Assembly (NCBI GenBank): GCA_001779925.1
Contig: MFEK01000010.1
Span: forward strand, 19,377 to 83,376
DNA from: Candidatus Doudnabacteria bacterium RIFCSPHIGHO2_01_FULL_46_14
GTDB lineage: Bacteria > Patescibacteriota > Doudnabacteria > UBA920 > 2-01-FULL-46-14
DNA length: 64,000 nt
Reading direction: 5' to 3'
Every line of letters starts with the position of its first letter. Position 1 is the first letter of the stretch. The position numbers and the translations under genes are program-made. The notes beneath the pieces were generated by a model. The model saw only the letters and a list, made by a program, of their open reading frames with translations, did no database searches and was not told the origin of the DNA. Below, piece by piece: positions 45,443 through 53,461 of the stretch.

Positions 45443-45544
45443 CTACCTCCTTATTCGAAAGAAAAATCCAGAAAGGCTAACTGCTGCGAGCAACTGACGC
45501 CTTTGGTACCATCTGCGGCGAGAGCCGAAATGGCTATTTCCCAT
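45443..45544 (-). CDS. candidate micro-ORF A (MGNSHFGSRRRWYQRRQLLAAVSLSGFFFRIRR; track ORF 45443..45634 extends it upstream) with perfect SD AAGGAGG
   Basis: AAGGAGG 6 nt upstream of internal ATG; its stop overlaps ORF B SD. Confidence 0.2.
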   Translation of the reverse strand: MGNSHFGSRRRWYQRRQLLAAVSLSGFFFRIRR

Positions 45545-45665
45545 CAAGTGCCTCCTTGGAGCTTGGATGATTTTATAATACCGAACTAACCCATAGGAGC
45601 AAAACAAGATACCCACATAAAACAGGTGGCTCATCTAATTTTCAATCAGATGGTAGCAAAACAAT

Positions 45666-45705
45666 GAAAAAGACGGCGACTGCCAGGCAGTGCACCGTCT
45701 TTTTG
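45666..45705. terminator. bidirectional intrinsic terminator (A5-hairpin-T5) after gene 45722..46150
   Basis: aaaaagacggcgactgccaggcagtgcaccgtcttttt. Confidence 0.55.
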
Positions 45706-45721
45706 GATTGGGTTTTAGAGC

Positions 45722-46150
45722 TTAACTAGCTTGTGGCTGATTGCATATCCACGACCTGATAGTCGCTTTCCCAAATATGGGAATTGCCAGCAGGTTGACA
45801 CCGCAGTTTTCCAATCGTATCAACCCGTCGTTATCAATTCTTCCTGCAGTACAAAATCCCGTAAGCACCTTTGATATCTCATTGAGATTCTCAGCCGTGA
45901 TGAATATGCAGTCGGGAATTGTGACAATCGACGTCTCCGGCTGATAAACCGCCACGTACATGAAATCATTGACATCATTGCCCAACCGCGTGTATATCTC
46001 AAACAATGTCACCAAACCCGGACCGTCAGCGAGCACAGTGCCAGAAGGCGGCGGGAACACCTTGGCCTTTGACAGATCAATACCCAGCCAGCGCTTGATA
46101 AAACTTCTAAGCTCAGCCATGTTCATTTCTCCTCTTTGAAATTTGTTCAA
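45722..46150 (-). CDS. hypothetical protein (142 aa; TTG start in track)
   Basis: No family recognised. Confidence 0.4.
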   Translation of the reverse strand: MNKFQRGEMNMAELRSFIKRWLGIDLSKAKVFPPPSGTVLADGPGLVTLFEIYTRLGNDVNDFMYVAVYQPETSIVTIPDCIFITAENLNEISKVLTGFCTAGRIDNDGLIRLENCGVNLLAIPIFGKATIRSWICNQPQAS

Positions 46151-46328
46151 ACGAAAAACGGCCTCTGTTTGAGGCCGCCTGACAAAGTTCGTAAAAACTT
46201 TTACAATTTACAAGCGCTAGCAAATAACCTCAAACAGGGAACCGTTTGAGTGACGCAACATTTGATGCTGTGGAATATTTGCTTCATATTTTGATTATAT
46301 TCCTCTATTATAGACCCGTCAAAGTTAA

Positions 46329-46369
46329 TTCACCCCTCCCTCAATCCCTCCCCCTCAAGGGGAGGGAAG
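46329..46369. repeat. repeat family A, locus R14; supplies the last codons and stop of gene 46355..46852
   Basis: ttcacccctccctcaatccctccccctcaaggggaggg; minus-strand reading gives ...RFLPSP-stop. Confidence 0.85.
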
Positions 46370-46852
46370 AAAACGGGGATCATATCGCTTTACTAACTCG
46401 AAACTCCCAAACATCACTCCTGCATAAAACAAATCCCCGAGGAGAGTATTACGGAAAAATGGGAGGGCGTTTAGGTAGGATTGGATTTGGCCGGAAAGAT
46501 CATGGCTGTACATAGTTGGCTCGTAAAGGAAAACTAAGTTTGTAATTAGATAAAAGAGAGCAGAGCTGGCCACTGTACCGCCAATCATATTTAGCACACT
46601 CTTATTATTTCTCAGCCATAAACCAATAAGCCCTGACAAAATAAAACTGCTGTAAACCGTGGCTCGCGACTGCCACGAATCAAATCCAATAAAATAATCT
46701 GAAACGACCATGGCGGCGACTGGTACAAGCAATGCAAATTTTTTATTGAGATAAGTGCCGCCGAACAATGCGATAGCAGAAATAGGAGCGAAGTTTGCTG
46801 GGTGAGGCAGGAATCTTAAAATGGCACCAATGAGGACTAAAATATACTCCAT
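46355..46852 (-). CDS. small multi-TM membrane protein (DUF6580-like)
   Basis: ...LRFLPHPANFAPISAIALFGGTY... N-terminus; 5 TM. Confidence 0.45.
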   Translation of the reverse strand: MEYILVLIGAILRFLPHPANFAPISAIALFGGTYLNKKFALLVPVAAMVVSDYFIGFDSWQSRATVYSSFILSGLIGLWLRNNKSVLNMIGGTVASSALFYLITNLVFLYEPTMYSHDLSGQIQSYLNALPFFRNTLLGDLFYAGVMFGSFELVKRYDPRFLPSP

Positions 46853-46968
46853 ATAGAATTTCTAATTGTTCTAATTGACCTAATTTCTAAACAATGACCA
46901 ATGCACAATTTCTAAATTTAGGAATTGGGATTTATTTAGGTCAATTAGAAATTAGAATAATTAGAAAT
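46853..46968. repeat. AT-rich repeat family B, copy Y (116-bp imperfect palindrome)
   Basis: tttctaattgttctaattgacctaa...ttaggtcaattagaaattagaataattagaaa (arms are reverse complements). Confidence 0.55.
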
Positions 46969-47376
46969 TTACTTCTGCACTTTCTCCACTACCCACTCGA
47001 TGATATCGCCCTTTTTGGTTTCAAGCTTGTCCGCGCCAACCTGGGAATCCTTGCCGTTTATGTAGAGCTTCCAAAAATGCTCGGCATCAGGCTTCAGTCC
47101 GCCAATCGATTCCACCATCACGCCAAAATCATACTGCTTAAATTCCACCTTATCGTTTACCGCGTTTTTGAGAAGCTGAAAGGCGTTCGCGCCCTCTTTG
47201 CCTGGATAACGGACGTAATCAGATAAAACAATAGTTTTTCCAGCAAGAGCGGGCGCAACTGGATAAAGCCCCTGCTGATAATTTACAGGTGTACGGTTTT
47301 GATACCAATAAACTCCGCCCCCAACTGCGGCAAGTACCAAAACGATAATTAGAATCTTCTTCCATTGTTTATTCAT
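46969..47376 (-). CDS. DUF4430 (transcobalamin-like, cobalamin-binding) domain protein with N-terminal TM anchor
   Basis: ...FWKLYINGKDSQVGADKLETKKGDIIEWVVEKV C-terminal DUF4430 signature. Confidence 0.55.
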   Translation of the reverse strand: MNKQWKKILIIVLVLAAVGGGVYWYQNRTPVNYQQGLYPVAPALAGKTIVLSDYVRYPGKEGANAFQLLKNAVNDKVEFKQYDFGVMVESIGGLKPDAEHFWKLYINGKDSQVGADKLETKKGDIIEWVVEKVQK

Positions 47377-47414
47377 TTGGAATTTATTTAGAAATTAGAA
47401 TAATTAGTAATTTA
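47377..47414. repeat. AT-rich repeat family B, copy Z
   Basis: aatttatttagaaattagaataattagtaattta, near-identical to right arm of copy Y. Confidence 0.5.
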
Positions 47415-47966
47415 CTAGTAATCTATTCCTCTCTCCGCAAGCCGACCCTGGTAATACGGATGCTTGATCATTTTCATTTCCGTAACCAGATCCGCCGCTT
47501 CTAATAACTCATTATATTTATTGTGCCCGGTAAGGGCAAGAGGCACTATATGCTCACGTGCCAAATCCATTATCCCCTTTACATCCGCGACCGTTAAAAG
47601 CTCCACCTCAATCGCAGAAATCAGCTCGTCTGCGATAACCAGGTCATAGTCCCCTGATTTTAAACTTAATTGTAGCCACTCTAAACCCTCTTGAGCTGCA
47701 GTTTTATGGATCTCTTTGTCCTTGGTATCGCCCAAAATGCCCACAAAGCCCCTGCCCAGGATTTTCACAGTTATGCCGGGAATGGATTTGAGAATTTCGA
47801 TCTCACTCGACAATGGCCACTCGCCTGATTCGGTTGCAGTCGCGGCTTTAACAAACTGGCAAAACAGCACGCGCTTTCCCGCACCCGCCGCGCGCACTGC
47901 CAACCCCACCGCGGCCGTAGTCTTGCCTTTCCCATCACCAATGTAAATGATATTCAAGCCCTTCAT
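47415..47966 (-). CDS. cobO: ATP:cob(I)alamin adenosyltransferase (CobO/BtuR/CobA type)
   Basis: IIYIGDGKGKTTAAVGLAVRA P-loop, ...DLVIADE...; start at MKGLNII. Confidence 0.8.
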   Translation of the reverse strand: MKGLNIIYIGDGKGKTTAAVGLAVRAAGAGKRVLFCQFVKAATATESGEWPLSSEIEILKSIPGITVKILGRGFVGILGDTKDKEIHKTAAQEGLEWLQLSLKSGDYDLVIADELISAIEVELLTVADVKGIMDLAREHIVPLALTGHNKYNELLEAADLVTEMKMIKHPYYQGRLAERGIDY

Positions 47967-48565
47967 GCTTTTTTCACAAAAAACATTATCCAATTCTCAT
48001 TTTTGCGAACAGGATGAGGTTTGCTCCCTTTCTTCAGGGTCTTAAATCCGTTTTGTTGCAAAAGTTTTTTGAAACCCTGCAAGGTATGGTACGAAAAAAA
48101 TCTTTTCATCCCAGGATAAGCATCTTCCACCAACCCTTCCCATGGCCGCGATTTGGATTTTAGAGAAATAAAAGCGACGCCGCTTTCTTTCAAGACCTTA
48201 TGCAAAGATTTAAAAACTACAGGCAATTGTTTTTTTGGAATATGCAAAAGAGAAGCACACGCCCAAATCCCATCAAACAGTTTTTCCGGCAGTTTCATTT
48301 TGAGCATATCCATCTTCTGAAATCTTGCTTTTGGCACCAGCTTTCTCGCGACCTTCAACATTGCGGAGGACGCATCAATTCCGAGATAATTGAATTTATC
48401 TTTTATAAAATACTCCGCTTCATGACCGGTGCCACAGCCGACCTCAAGTATGTTTTTGCCTTTCAACATTCTTTTAAAAATGCGGAACTCCGGCATCCAG
48501 AAATCCCTGCGCCTTTGTGCATACTCCTCTGCTACCTTGGCATAAGTTTTAAGAGTTGCGTTCAT
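47963..48565 (-). CDS. class I SAM-dependent methyltransferase
   Basis: ILEVGCGTGHEAEYF motif I. Confidence 0.65.
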   Translation of the reverse strand: MNATLKTYAKVAEEYAQRRRDFWMPEFRIFKRMLKGKNILEVGCGTGHEAEYFIKDKFNYLGIDASSAMLKVARKLVPKARFQKMDMLKMKLPEKLFDGIWACASLLHIPKKQLPVVFKSLHKVLKESGVAFISLKSKSRPWEGLVEDAYPGMKRFFSYHTLQGFKKLLQQNGFKTLKKGSKPHPVRKNENWIMFFVKKA

Positions 48566-48617
48566 AAATTTTCTTATTCATCGTTTATTCACGATCGTAA
48601 ATGGAAACCGAATCTTA

Positions 48618-49037
48618 TTAATTATCAAAAAAATATTTTTTGGTCCTTATAGCTTCCAGATAAATTGGAACGTTGGCAAACAGGGGGTGAGGCAAATTGT
48701 CCAAATCATACCAGGCCCAGTCCTCGGATTTGTCAGGCTCCAGGTTCTGCGGCTCCCCGCTTTTCCAGTCAGCAATTATACCGATATTCACGAAATGCGC
48801 TGGTGGATACGTTTTGAGATTGGAAAGACTCAAAAACCTTAGATTATCTATTTCCATGCCGGTTTCCTCACGGACCTCTCGCCTCGCGCACTGCTCAAAT
48901 GATTCCATATTGTCGAGCCCGCCGCCGGGAGGGGCATATTGTCCTTCGCCATGAGCGCCTTTTCTTTTGCCTAGCAAAACTTTCCCGTCCTTCAGCACCA
49001 TTACTCCGATTCCAACTTTGGGAATATTGTCGTTCAC
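48618..49037 (-). CDS. NUDIX hydrolase
   Basis: NUDIX box GGGLDNMESFEQCARREVREETG. Confidence 0.75.
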   Translation of the reverse strand: MNDNIPKVGIGVMVLKDGKVLLGKRKGAHGEGQYAPPGGGLDNMESFEQCARREVREETGMEIDNLRFLSLSNLKTYPPAHFVNIGIIADWKSGEPQNLEPDKSEDWAWYDLDNLPHPLFANVPIYLEAIRTKKYFFDN

Positions 49038-49486
49038 AAGATTTCGAAAAGCTCTCTTAATTCTCTAATCCTATGCGTCGGCTGGCCTGTTTCCGCATTG
49101 GGCAGTTCCTGTGCATACTTTCCTTTTTCCAACCAAACTGTCGGATGGCCATGCTCGTTTCCGTATTTTATACCGCGCACTGTTCGATCATCAACAATCA
49201 TTATTTCCGAACGAGGCAAATCCCAATTCCTGACAATTTCATCGAGAAATTTATCTTTATACTCTGCGGTCACAAAAAATAAATCCAAATACTGACGCAA
49301 TGGCGAATTTTCGATAAGCTGAGTTCGTCCTTCCACCGTATGATTGCCGCTCACCTTGGAGACCAAAGCCATCCTACAGCCTTTTTCTTTACAGAATCGT
49401 AAAATCTCTTTTGCACCATCGGCTTCGCGGTTCAAATCATTGTCGTAAAGCGTTCGCCCCCAATCAAAAATAACGGCTTTGATCAT
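49034..49486 (-). CDS. HAD-superfamily hydrolase
   Basis: MIKAVIFDWGRTL motif I (DxD/DxG-type), ...MIVDD... Confidence 0.6.
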   Translation of the reverse strand: MIKAVIFDWGRTLYDNDLNREADGAKEILRFCKEKGCRMALVSKVSGNHTVEGRTQLIENSPLRQYLDLFFVTAEYKDKFLDEIVRNWDLPRSEIMIVDDRTVRGIKYGNEHGHPTVWLEKGKYAQELPNAETGQPTHRIRELRELFEIL

Positions 49487-49495
49487 ACCTGTATT

Positions 49496-49531
49496 TCTCT
49501 CCCCCTCGTGAGGGGGATCTGGAGGGGGTTA
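49496..49531. repeat. repeat family A, locus R15 (abuts stop codon of DUF559 gene 2)
   Basis: tctctccccctcgtgagggggatctggagggggtta. Confidence 0.75.
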
Positions 49532-49909
49532 TCATAAATTTAGCTTGTGAATTAAATCATCAAAGACACCGGAAGTATTGTGCATGATATCACGATTACT
49601 GTATCTAACAATCTGGCAACCTAGTGATTTCAGATAATTTTCTCTCATAATATCATTCCCCATTGTGGAGGCTTCTGCATGCGTATCGCCATCAATCTCG
49701 ATAATATATTTTTTTTCTGGACAATAAAAATCGACTACATAATCTCCAATTGCATGCTGGCGCCGGAATTTTAAATTATAGAACTGCTTGCCCCCAACTT
49801 TGGTCCAGAATATTTGTTCTGCAGGGGTCATATCGCGACGCAATCTTCTGCGTATGGAAATGGTTTTTGGAGAACCTGATTTTGGCCCGCGAGATTGATT
49901 GAATTTCAT
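49532..49909 (-). CDS. DUF559 (Vsr-like endonuclease fold) protein, paralog 2
   Basis: ...HAIGDYVVDFYCPEKKYIIEIDGDTH...LGCQIVRYSNRDI... Confidence 0.7.
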   Translation of the reverse strand: MKFNQSRGPKSGSPKTISIRRRLRRDMTPAEQIFWTKVGGKQFYNLKFRRQHAIGDYVVDFYCPEKKYIIEIDGDTHAEASTMGNDIMRENYLKSLGCQIVRYSNRDIMHNTSGVFDDLIHKLNL

Positions 49910-49943
49910 AACCTCCCCTAACCCCTCCTCACGAGGAGGGGAA
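49910..49943. repeat. repeat family A, locus R16 (abuts start codon of DUF559 gene 2; inverted relative to R15)
   Basis: aacctcccctaacccctcctcacgaggaggggaa. Confidence 0.75.
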
Positions 49944-49951
49944 CTAATGCG

Positions 49952-52483
49952 CTACCCGCACTTACTGAACCCGCAGAGGTCGCATTTGAGGCATCCCTCG
50001 GCCATCATCAGCATATTGCCGCAATCCGGACAGGCCGGAGCGTGGCCGAGATTGGCAATGGAGGTTTTGACTTCTAGTTCTGCCTCGCCAGAACTCCCCC
50101 CCGCCCCCTCTTTGGTAAAAGAGGGGGAGACTGATTCAACCTGAGGCGTTTCGTCTTTTCCGAATTTCAGCCCCAGCTCTGTCTGGCCGCGCTTGATGTG
50201 GCTTTCCAAAACCTGGCCGATGGCATCCGGCAGAGAATGAATCGTGCCGCCATTGGCAAAGATAATGTCCGGGCCGCGGATGCCTTTGAGCTGATCGATT
50301 ATTTCCGTGGTCGCAGTGCCGGTGCGCAGAGCCAGGGAAATGAGTCGGCAGATCGCTTCAGTCTGCGCGTGGAAAAAACCGCCCGCTTTGCCAAGACTGG
50401 AGAAGACCTCAAACGGGCCGTGCTCGTCCTCGTTGATCGTCACAAACAGATTGCCGTACGAGGTACGCGTGCGGTAAGTCACGCCCCGCATCACATCCGG
50501 CCGCTCACGCGGAATGGTTTTGTAATTGTTCGAGCCGTTGACGATTTTAGCACTTAAAATTTGCTCGACTTTTTCGGCAACCTTATTTTCTCCCATAGAA
50601 GCTGACATGCTCATGTGTTCCATGCCTGGGGCAAGCGATTTGGCTTTATCGAGGTTCTTATTGAGGTTCAGTACCTGGACTTCGCGTGAGCCATCGCGGT
50701 ACAAGGTGCAGCCTTTGCAGCCCAGTTTCCAGGCCATGATATAGCCATCCTCAATGTCCTGAACAGTGGCTTCATGCGGAAAATTGATGGTTTTGGAAAT
50801 GGAGTTCTCTACGTATTTCTGGAACGCGCCCTGAGCTTTGATGTGATCCTGCGCGGAAATATCCATGGCCACGCGGAACGTATCTTTGACCTCTTGAGGA
50901 ATCCCCGCGATATTTTCCACAGATCCTTCCTGGATAATCTGATTTTTAATTTCTTCCGAGATGCCATGCTTGACGAGGGCGGCTTCCAGATAGCGGTTCA
51001 AATATTTATAAGTATGGCCATCTTTGTCCTGTTTGGTAAAAGCCAGGGCAAAGTTCGGCTCAATCCCGGAACTGGTATCAAAGAACATGGAGATTGAACC
51101 GGTCGGTGCAACTGTGGTGACCATGGTGTTGCGCCGTTTTATGCCCTGGATGGCCCAGGTCGAGTGTTCCCACAAAGGAAATTCTGCTTTTTCCGCGGCC
51201 AGGGCGACAGATGTGTTGTGCGATGACTCCTGAATGGTTTTCATGACCAGCTCACCGGTTTCAAAGCCCTTATCAGAATCATAACGCACATTCATTTGGT
51301 AAAGCATATCTGCATAACCCATGACGCCGAGGCCGAGTCTGCGGGTATTGTGGGACATCTCCTGCACCTCGCGCACCGGGTAGTCGAACAGATCAATGAC
51401 ATTGTCGAGAAAACGCGTGGACACCATGGACACATGCTCGAGGCGCTTGAGATCCAGCTGGCCGTCTTTTACAAAAGCCGCGAGATTGATCGAGCCAAGA
51501 TTGCAGACATCATAAGGCGGCAGACCCTGCTCGCCGCACGGATTGGTGGCCTCGATCGGGGTTTTCGGCATGGTGTTGCCGCGGTTGAACGCATCGAGAA
51601 ATATGACTCCCGGCTCGCCATTGTGCCAGGCATTCTGCACGATCTCATTGTAAAGCTCTTTGGCGGTCATATTGAGCTCTTCGATATTTACGACCACGCC
51701 AAAACGGTCGCGGGTGATACGCCGCGGCTTCATTTTTTCGCCCTGGAAGCGGCAGTACCACTGCTCATTGGGCCGCTCGCTCACCGCTTTCATGAATTCA
51801 TCAGTCATGCCCACGCTGATGTTAAAATTGCGAATGTCACCTTCCACGCGCTTGCAATGCACAAAATCGAGAATATCCGGATGATCAACCGGCAAAATCG
51901 CCATGTTCGCGCCATGCCTGCCCTGCTGTTTTATCACGCCAAAGGCCTGGTTGTAGACTTGCAGGAACGAAACCGGACCAGAGGCCATCCCTACCGAGGC
52001 TTTGACCACAGTGCCGGCAGGCCTGAGCCTGCCAAAAGAAAAACCCAAACCGCTACCGGCTTTTTGGAGGAGCGCCGCGTCCTTCAAAGTCTTGAAAATC
52101 CCTTCCATGCTGTCCTCGATAGGGAGGACTATGCAGTTAGCCACGACCGGCGAAGGTGCGCCGGCATTGGTAATGGTCCGGCCGGCCGGCGTAAACTCTT
52201 TGTGAGCCACAATCTCAAAAAATTCTTTTTCCCAGTAGCGGATCTTATCGGCAGGAAGGCCGTAGTTTTTGTCAGCACCGGCTACCGCATGGGCAATGCG
52301 GTGGATCATTTCAGCCGGGGTTTCCTGGGTGCCATCCTCGCGTTTTACGAGGTAGCGCTTTTTCATCATCCGCAGGGCATTCTCGGAAAAAGAATCATTT
52401 ACTTTTTTTGCCAAATCCGCGCTCAAAAAATCGCAGTTTTGGATTTCGACCATTATTTCTTTTCTTTTGGTTTGTGTGGCCAT
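49952..52483 (-). CDS. nrdJ: ribonucleotide reductase, class II (adenosylcobalamin-dependent) type
   Basis: N-terminal ...SENALRMMKKRYLVKREDGTQETPAEMIHRIAHAVA...; active-site NPCGEQ; C-terminal CxxC...CxxCxxC tail; no nrdB nearby; R17 in-frame in the C-terminal tail. Confidence 0.8.
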   Translation of the reverse strand: MATQTKRKEIMVEIQNCDFLSADLAKKVNDSFSENALRMMKKRYLVKREDGTQETPAEMIHRIAHAVAGADKNYGLPADKIRYWEKEFFEIVAHKEFTPAGRTITNAGAPSPVVANCIVLPIEDSMEGIFKTLKDAALLQKAGSGLGFSFGRLRPAGTVVKASVGMASGPVSFLQVYNQAFGVIKQQGRHGANMAILPVDHPDILDFVHCKRVEGDIRNFNISVGMTDEFMKAVSERPNEQWYCRFQGEKMKPRRITRDRFGVVVNIEELNMTAKELYNEIVQNAWHNGEPGVIFLDAFNRGNTMPKTPIEATNPCGEQGLPPYDVCNLGSINLAAFVKDGQLDLKRLEHVSMVSTRFLDNVIDLFDYPVREVQEMSHNTRRLGLGVMGYADMLYQMNVRYDSDKGFETGELVMKTIQESSHNTSVALAAEKAEFPLWEHSTWAIQGIKRRNTMVTTVAPTGSISMFFDTSSGIEPNFALAFTKQDKDGHTYKYLNRYLEAALVKHGISEEIKNQIIQEGSVENIAGIPQEVKDTFRVAMDISAQDHIKAQGAFQKYVENSISKTINFPHEATVQDIEDGYIMAWKLGCKGCTLYRDGSREVQVLNLNKNLDKAKSLAPGMEHMSMSASMGENKVAEKVEQILSAKIVNGSNNYKTIPRERPDVMRGVTYRTRTSYGNLFVTINEDEHGPFEVFSSLGKAGGFFHAQTEAICRLISLALRTGTATTEIIDQLKGIRGPDIIFANGGTIHSLPDAIGQVLESHIKRGQTELGLKFGKDETPQVESVSPSFTKEGAGGSSGEAELEVKTSIANLGHAPACPDCGNMLMMAEGCLKCDLCGFSKCG
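50094..50129. repeat. repeat family A, locus R17 (variant) in-frame in nrdJ tail
   Basis: ctcccccccgccccctctttggtaaaagagggggag; encodes ..SPSFTKEGAGGSSGE.. Confidence 0.7.
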
Positions 52484-52519
52484 GTGATTTTAATTAATAA
52501 TTGATAAGTTTTTCTCTGG

Positions 52520-52602
52520 TTCCCCTCCCTCGAGGGGAGGGGTAAGGGGAAGGTGATATTTAATTTTCCACCCCCACCTAACCTCCCCCCTCAAGGAGGA
52601 GG
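52520..52602. repeat. repeat family A, locus R18 (inverted pair, tails inward) between nrdR and nrdJ
   Basis: ttcccctccctcgaggggaggggtaaggggaaggtga...ttccacccccacctaacctcccccctcaaggaggagg. Confidence 0.85.
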
Positions 52603-52615
52603 AATACATACACAA

Positions 52616-53062
52616 TCATAACTTCTGCAACTCTTTTTTGAATTCCTCTATATCTTCAAATTGACGGTAGACAGAAGCGAAACGGATATAGGCGACCTGG
52701 TCGAATTTCTTGAGTTTTTTTACCACAATATTGCCGATTTCCTTTGATTCAATCTTGCCATTCTCCAATTTCTTCTGAATCTCCTGTTCAATCTCGGACA
52801 CCAGTTGGCGGAAATTGTCATGAGTAATCGGACGTTTCTCCAAAGCCTTATGGAGTCCTGCCTCCAGCTTTTCGCGAGCATACGGCTCAGTCCGACCGTC
52901 CCGTTTGGCCACCACGAGGTCGAGAATTTCTACCTCTTCATAGGTCGAGAACCTCCCCGAGCAGGATTCGCACTCACGCCTTCGCCTAATCGAAAGCCCG
53001 TCCGAGGCAACCCGGCTGTCTATGACTTTGGTATCTTCTTTTGAGCAGAAAGGGCAGTTCAT
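52616..53062 (-). CDS. nrdR: transcriptional repressor NrdR (zinc ribbon + ATP-cone)
   Basis: MNCPFCSKEDTKVIDSR...CESCSGRFSTYE... Confidence 0.9.
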   Translation of the reverse strand: MNCPFCSKEDTKVIDSRVASDGLSIRRRRECESCSGRFSTYEEVEILDLVVAKRDGRTEPYAREKLEAGLHKALEKRPITHDNFRQLVSEIEQEIQKKLENGKIESKEIGNIVVKKLKKFDQVAYIRFASVYRQFEDIEEFKKELQKL

Positions 53063-53174
53063 TTCATCTTAATTTAAGGAATTTTGGGGACAAAAAAGAG
53101 AGAGGCCTCCAGTTTCTTATATTCCAGCTTAAAAACTACAATCGGTTGGTTTTTGTATCAGGGGTTTTTGCCAA

Positions 53175-53224
53175 ACCACTACATATAGTGGTCTATGTAC
53201 TCAACTTATCCCTATATGTAGTTT
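53175..53224. promoter_or_regulatory. tandem candidate NrdR boxes upstream of nrdR
   Basis: accactacatatagtggt (53175-53192, near-perfect palindrome matching consensus acaCwAtATaTwGtgt) and ccctatatgtagttt (53210-53224); shared core ACTACATATAG; centres about 34 bp apart. Confidence 0.5.
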
Positions 53225-53461
53225 CTGTCAAATCCCCGATTTTTCGGGATTTTTCCGACTTTTCCACAAAAGAGCACGGCAACAATACAACTCCCCCCTT
53301 GCCTGCCCGCAATCGCTGACGCTCAAGCGTCTTGCAGGCGGGCGAGAGGAGAGTACCCCGAGCTCTTCTCGAGGGGGAGAGAGAAAGGTGAATTTACGGC
53401 TCACACGCGCTTGAGCCGTTAGTTGACGAATGTAACATCACAATGGCAAAATAAGGCACTT

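Noticed and set aside
45130-45670. tmRNA, RNase P RNA, SRP RNA or 6S RNA in the large gap upstream of prs
   Set aside because: I searched both strands by eye for hallmark motifs (GGAAAGUCCGG, ACAGAANCCGGCUUA, a tRNA-like T-arm GGUUCGAnUCC with CCA end, SRP GGAAGCAGC) and found none. Left as an unassigned regulatory/sRNA locus.
2524-52602. Possibility that the GC-rich repeats are a CRISPR array
   Set aside because: Copies are dispersed over 50 kb with irregular spacing, are themselves palindromic with variable loops, occur inside coding sequences, and no cas genes are present.
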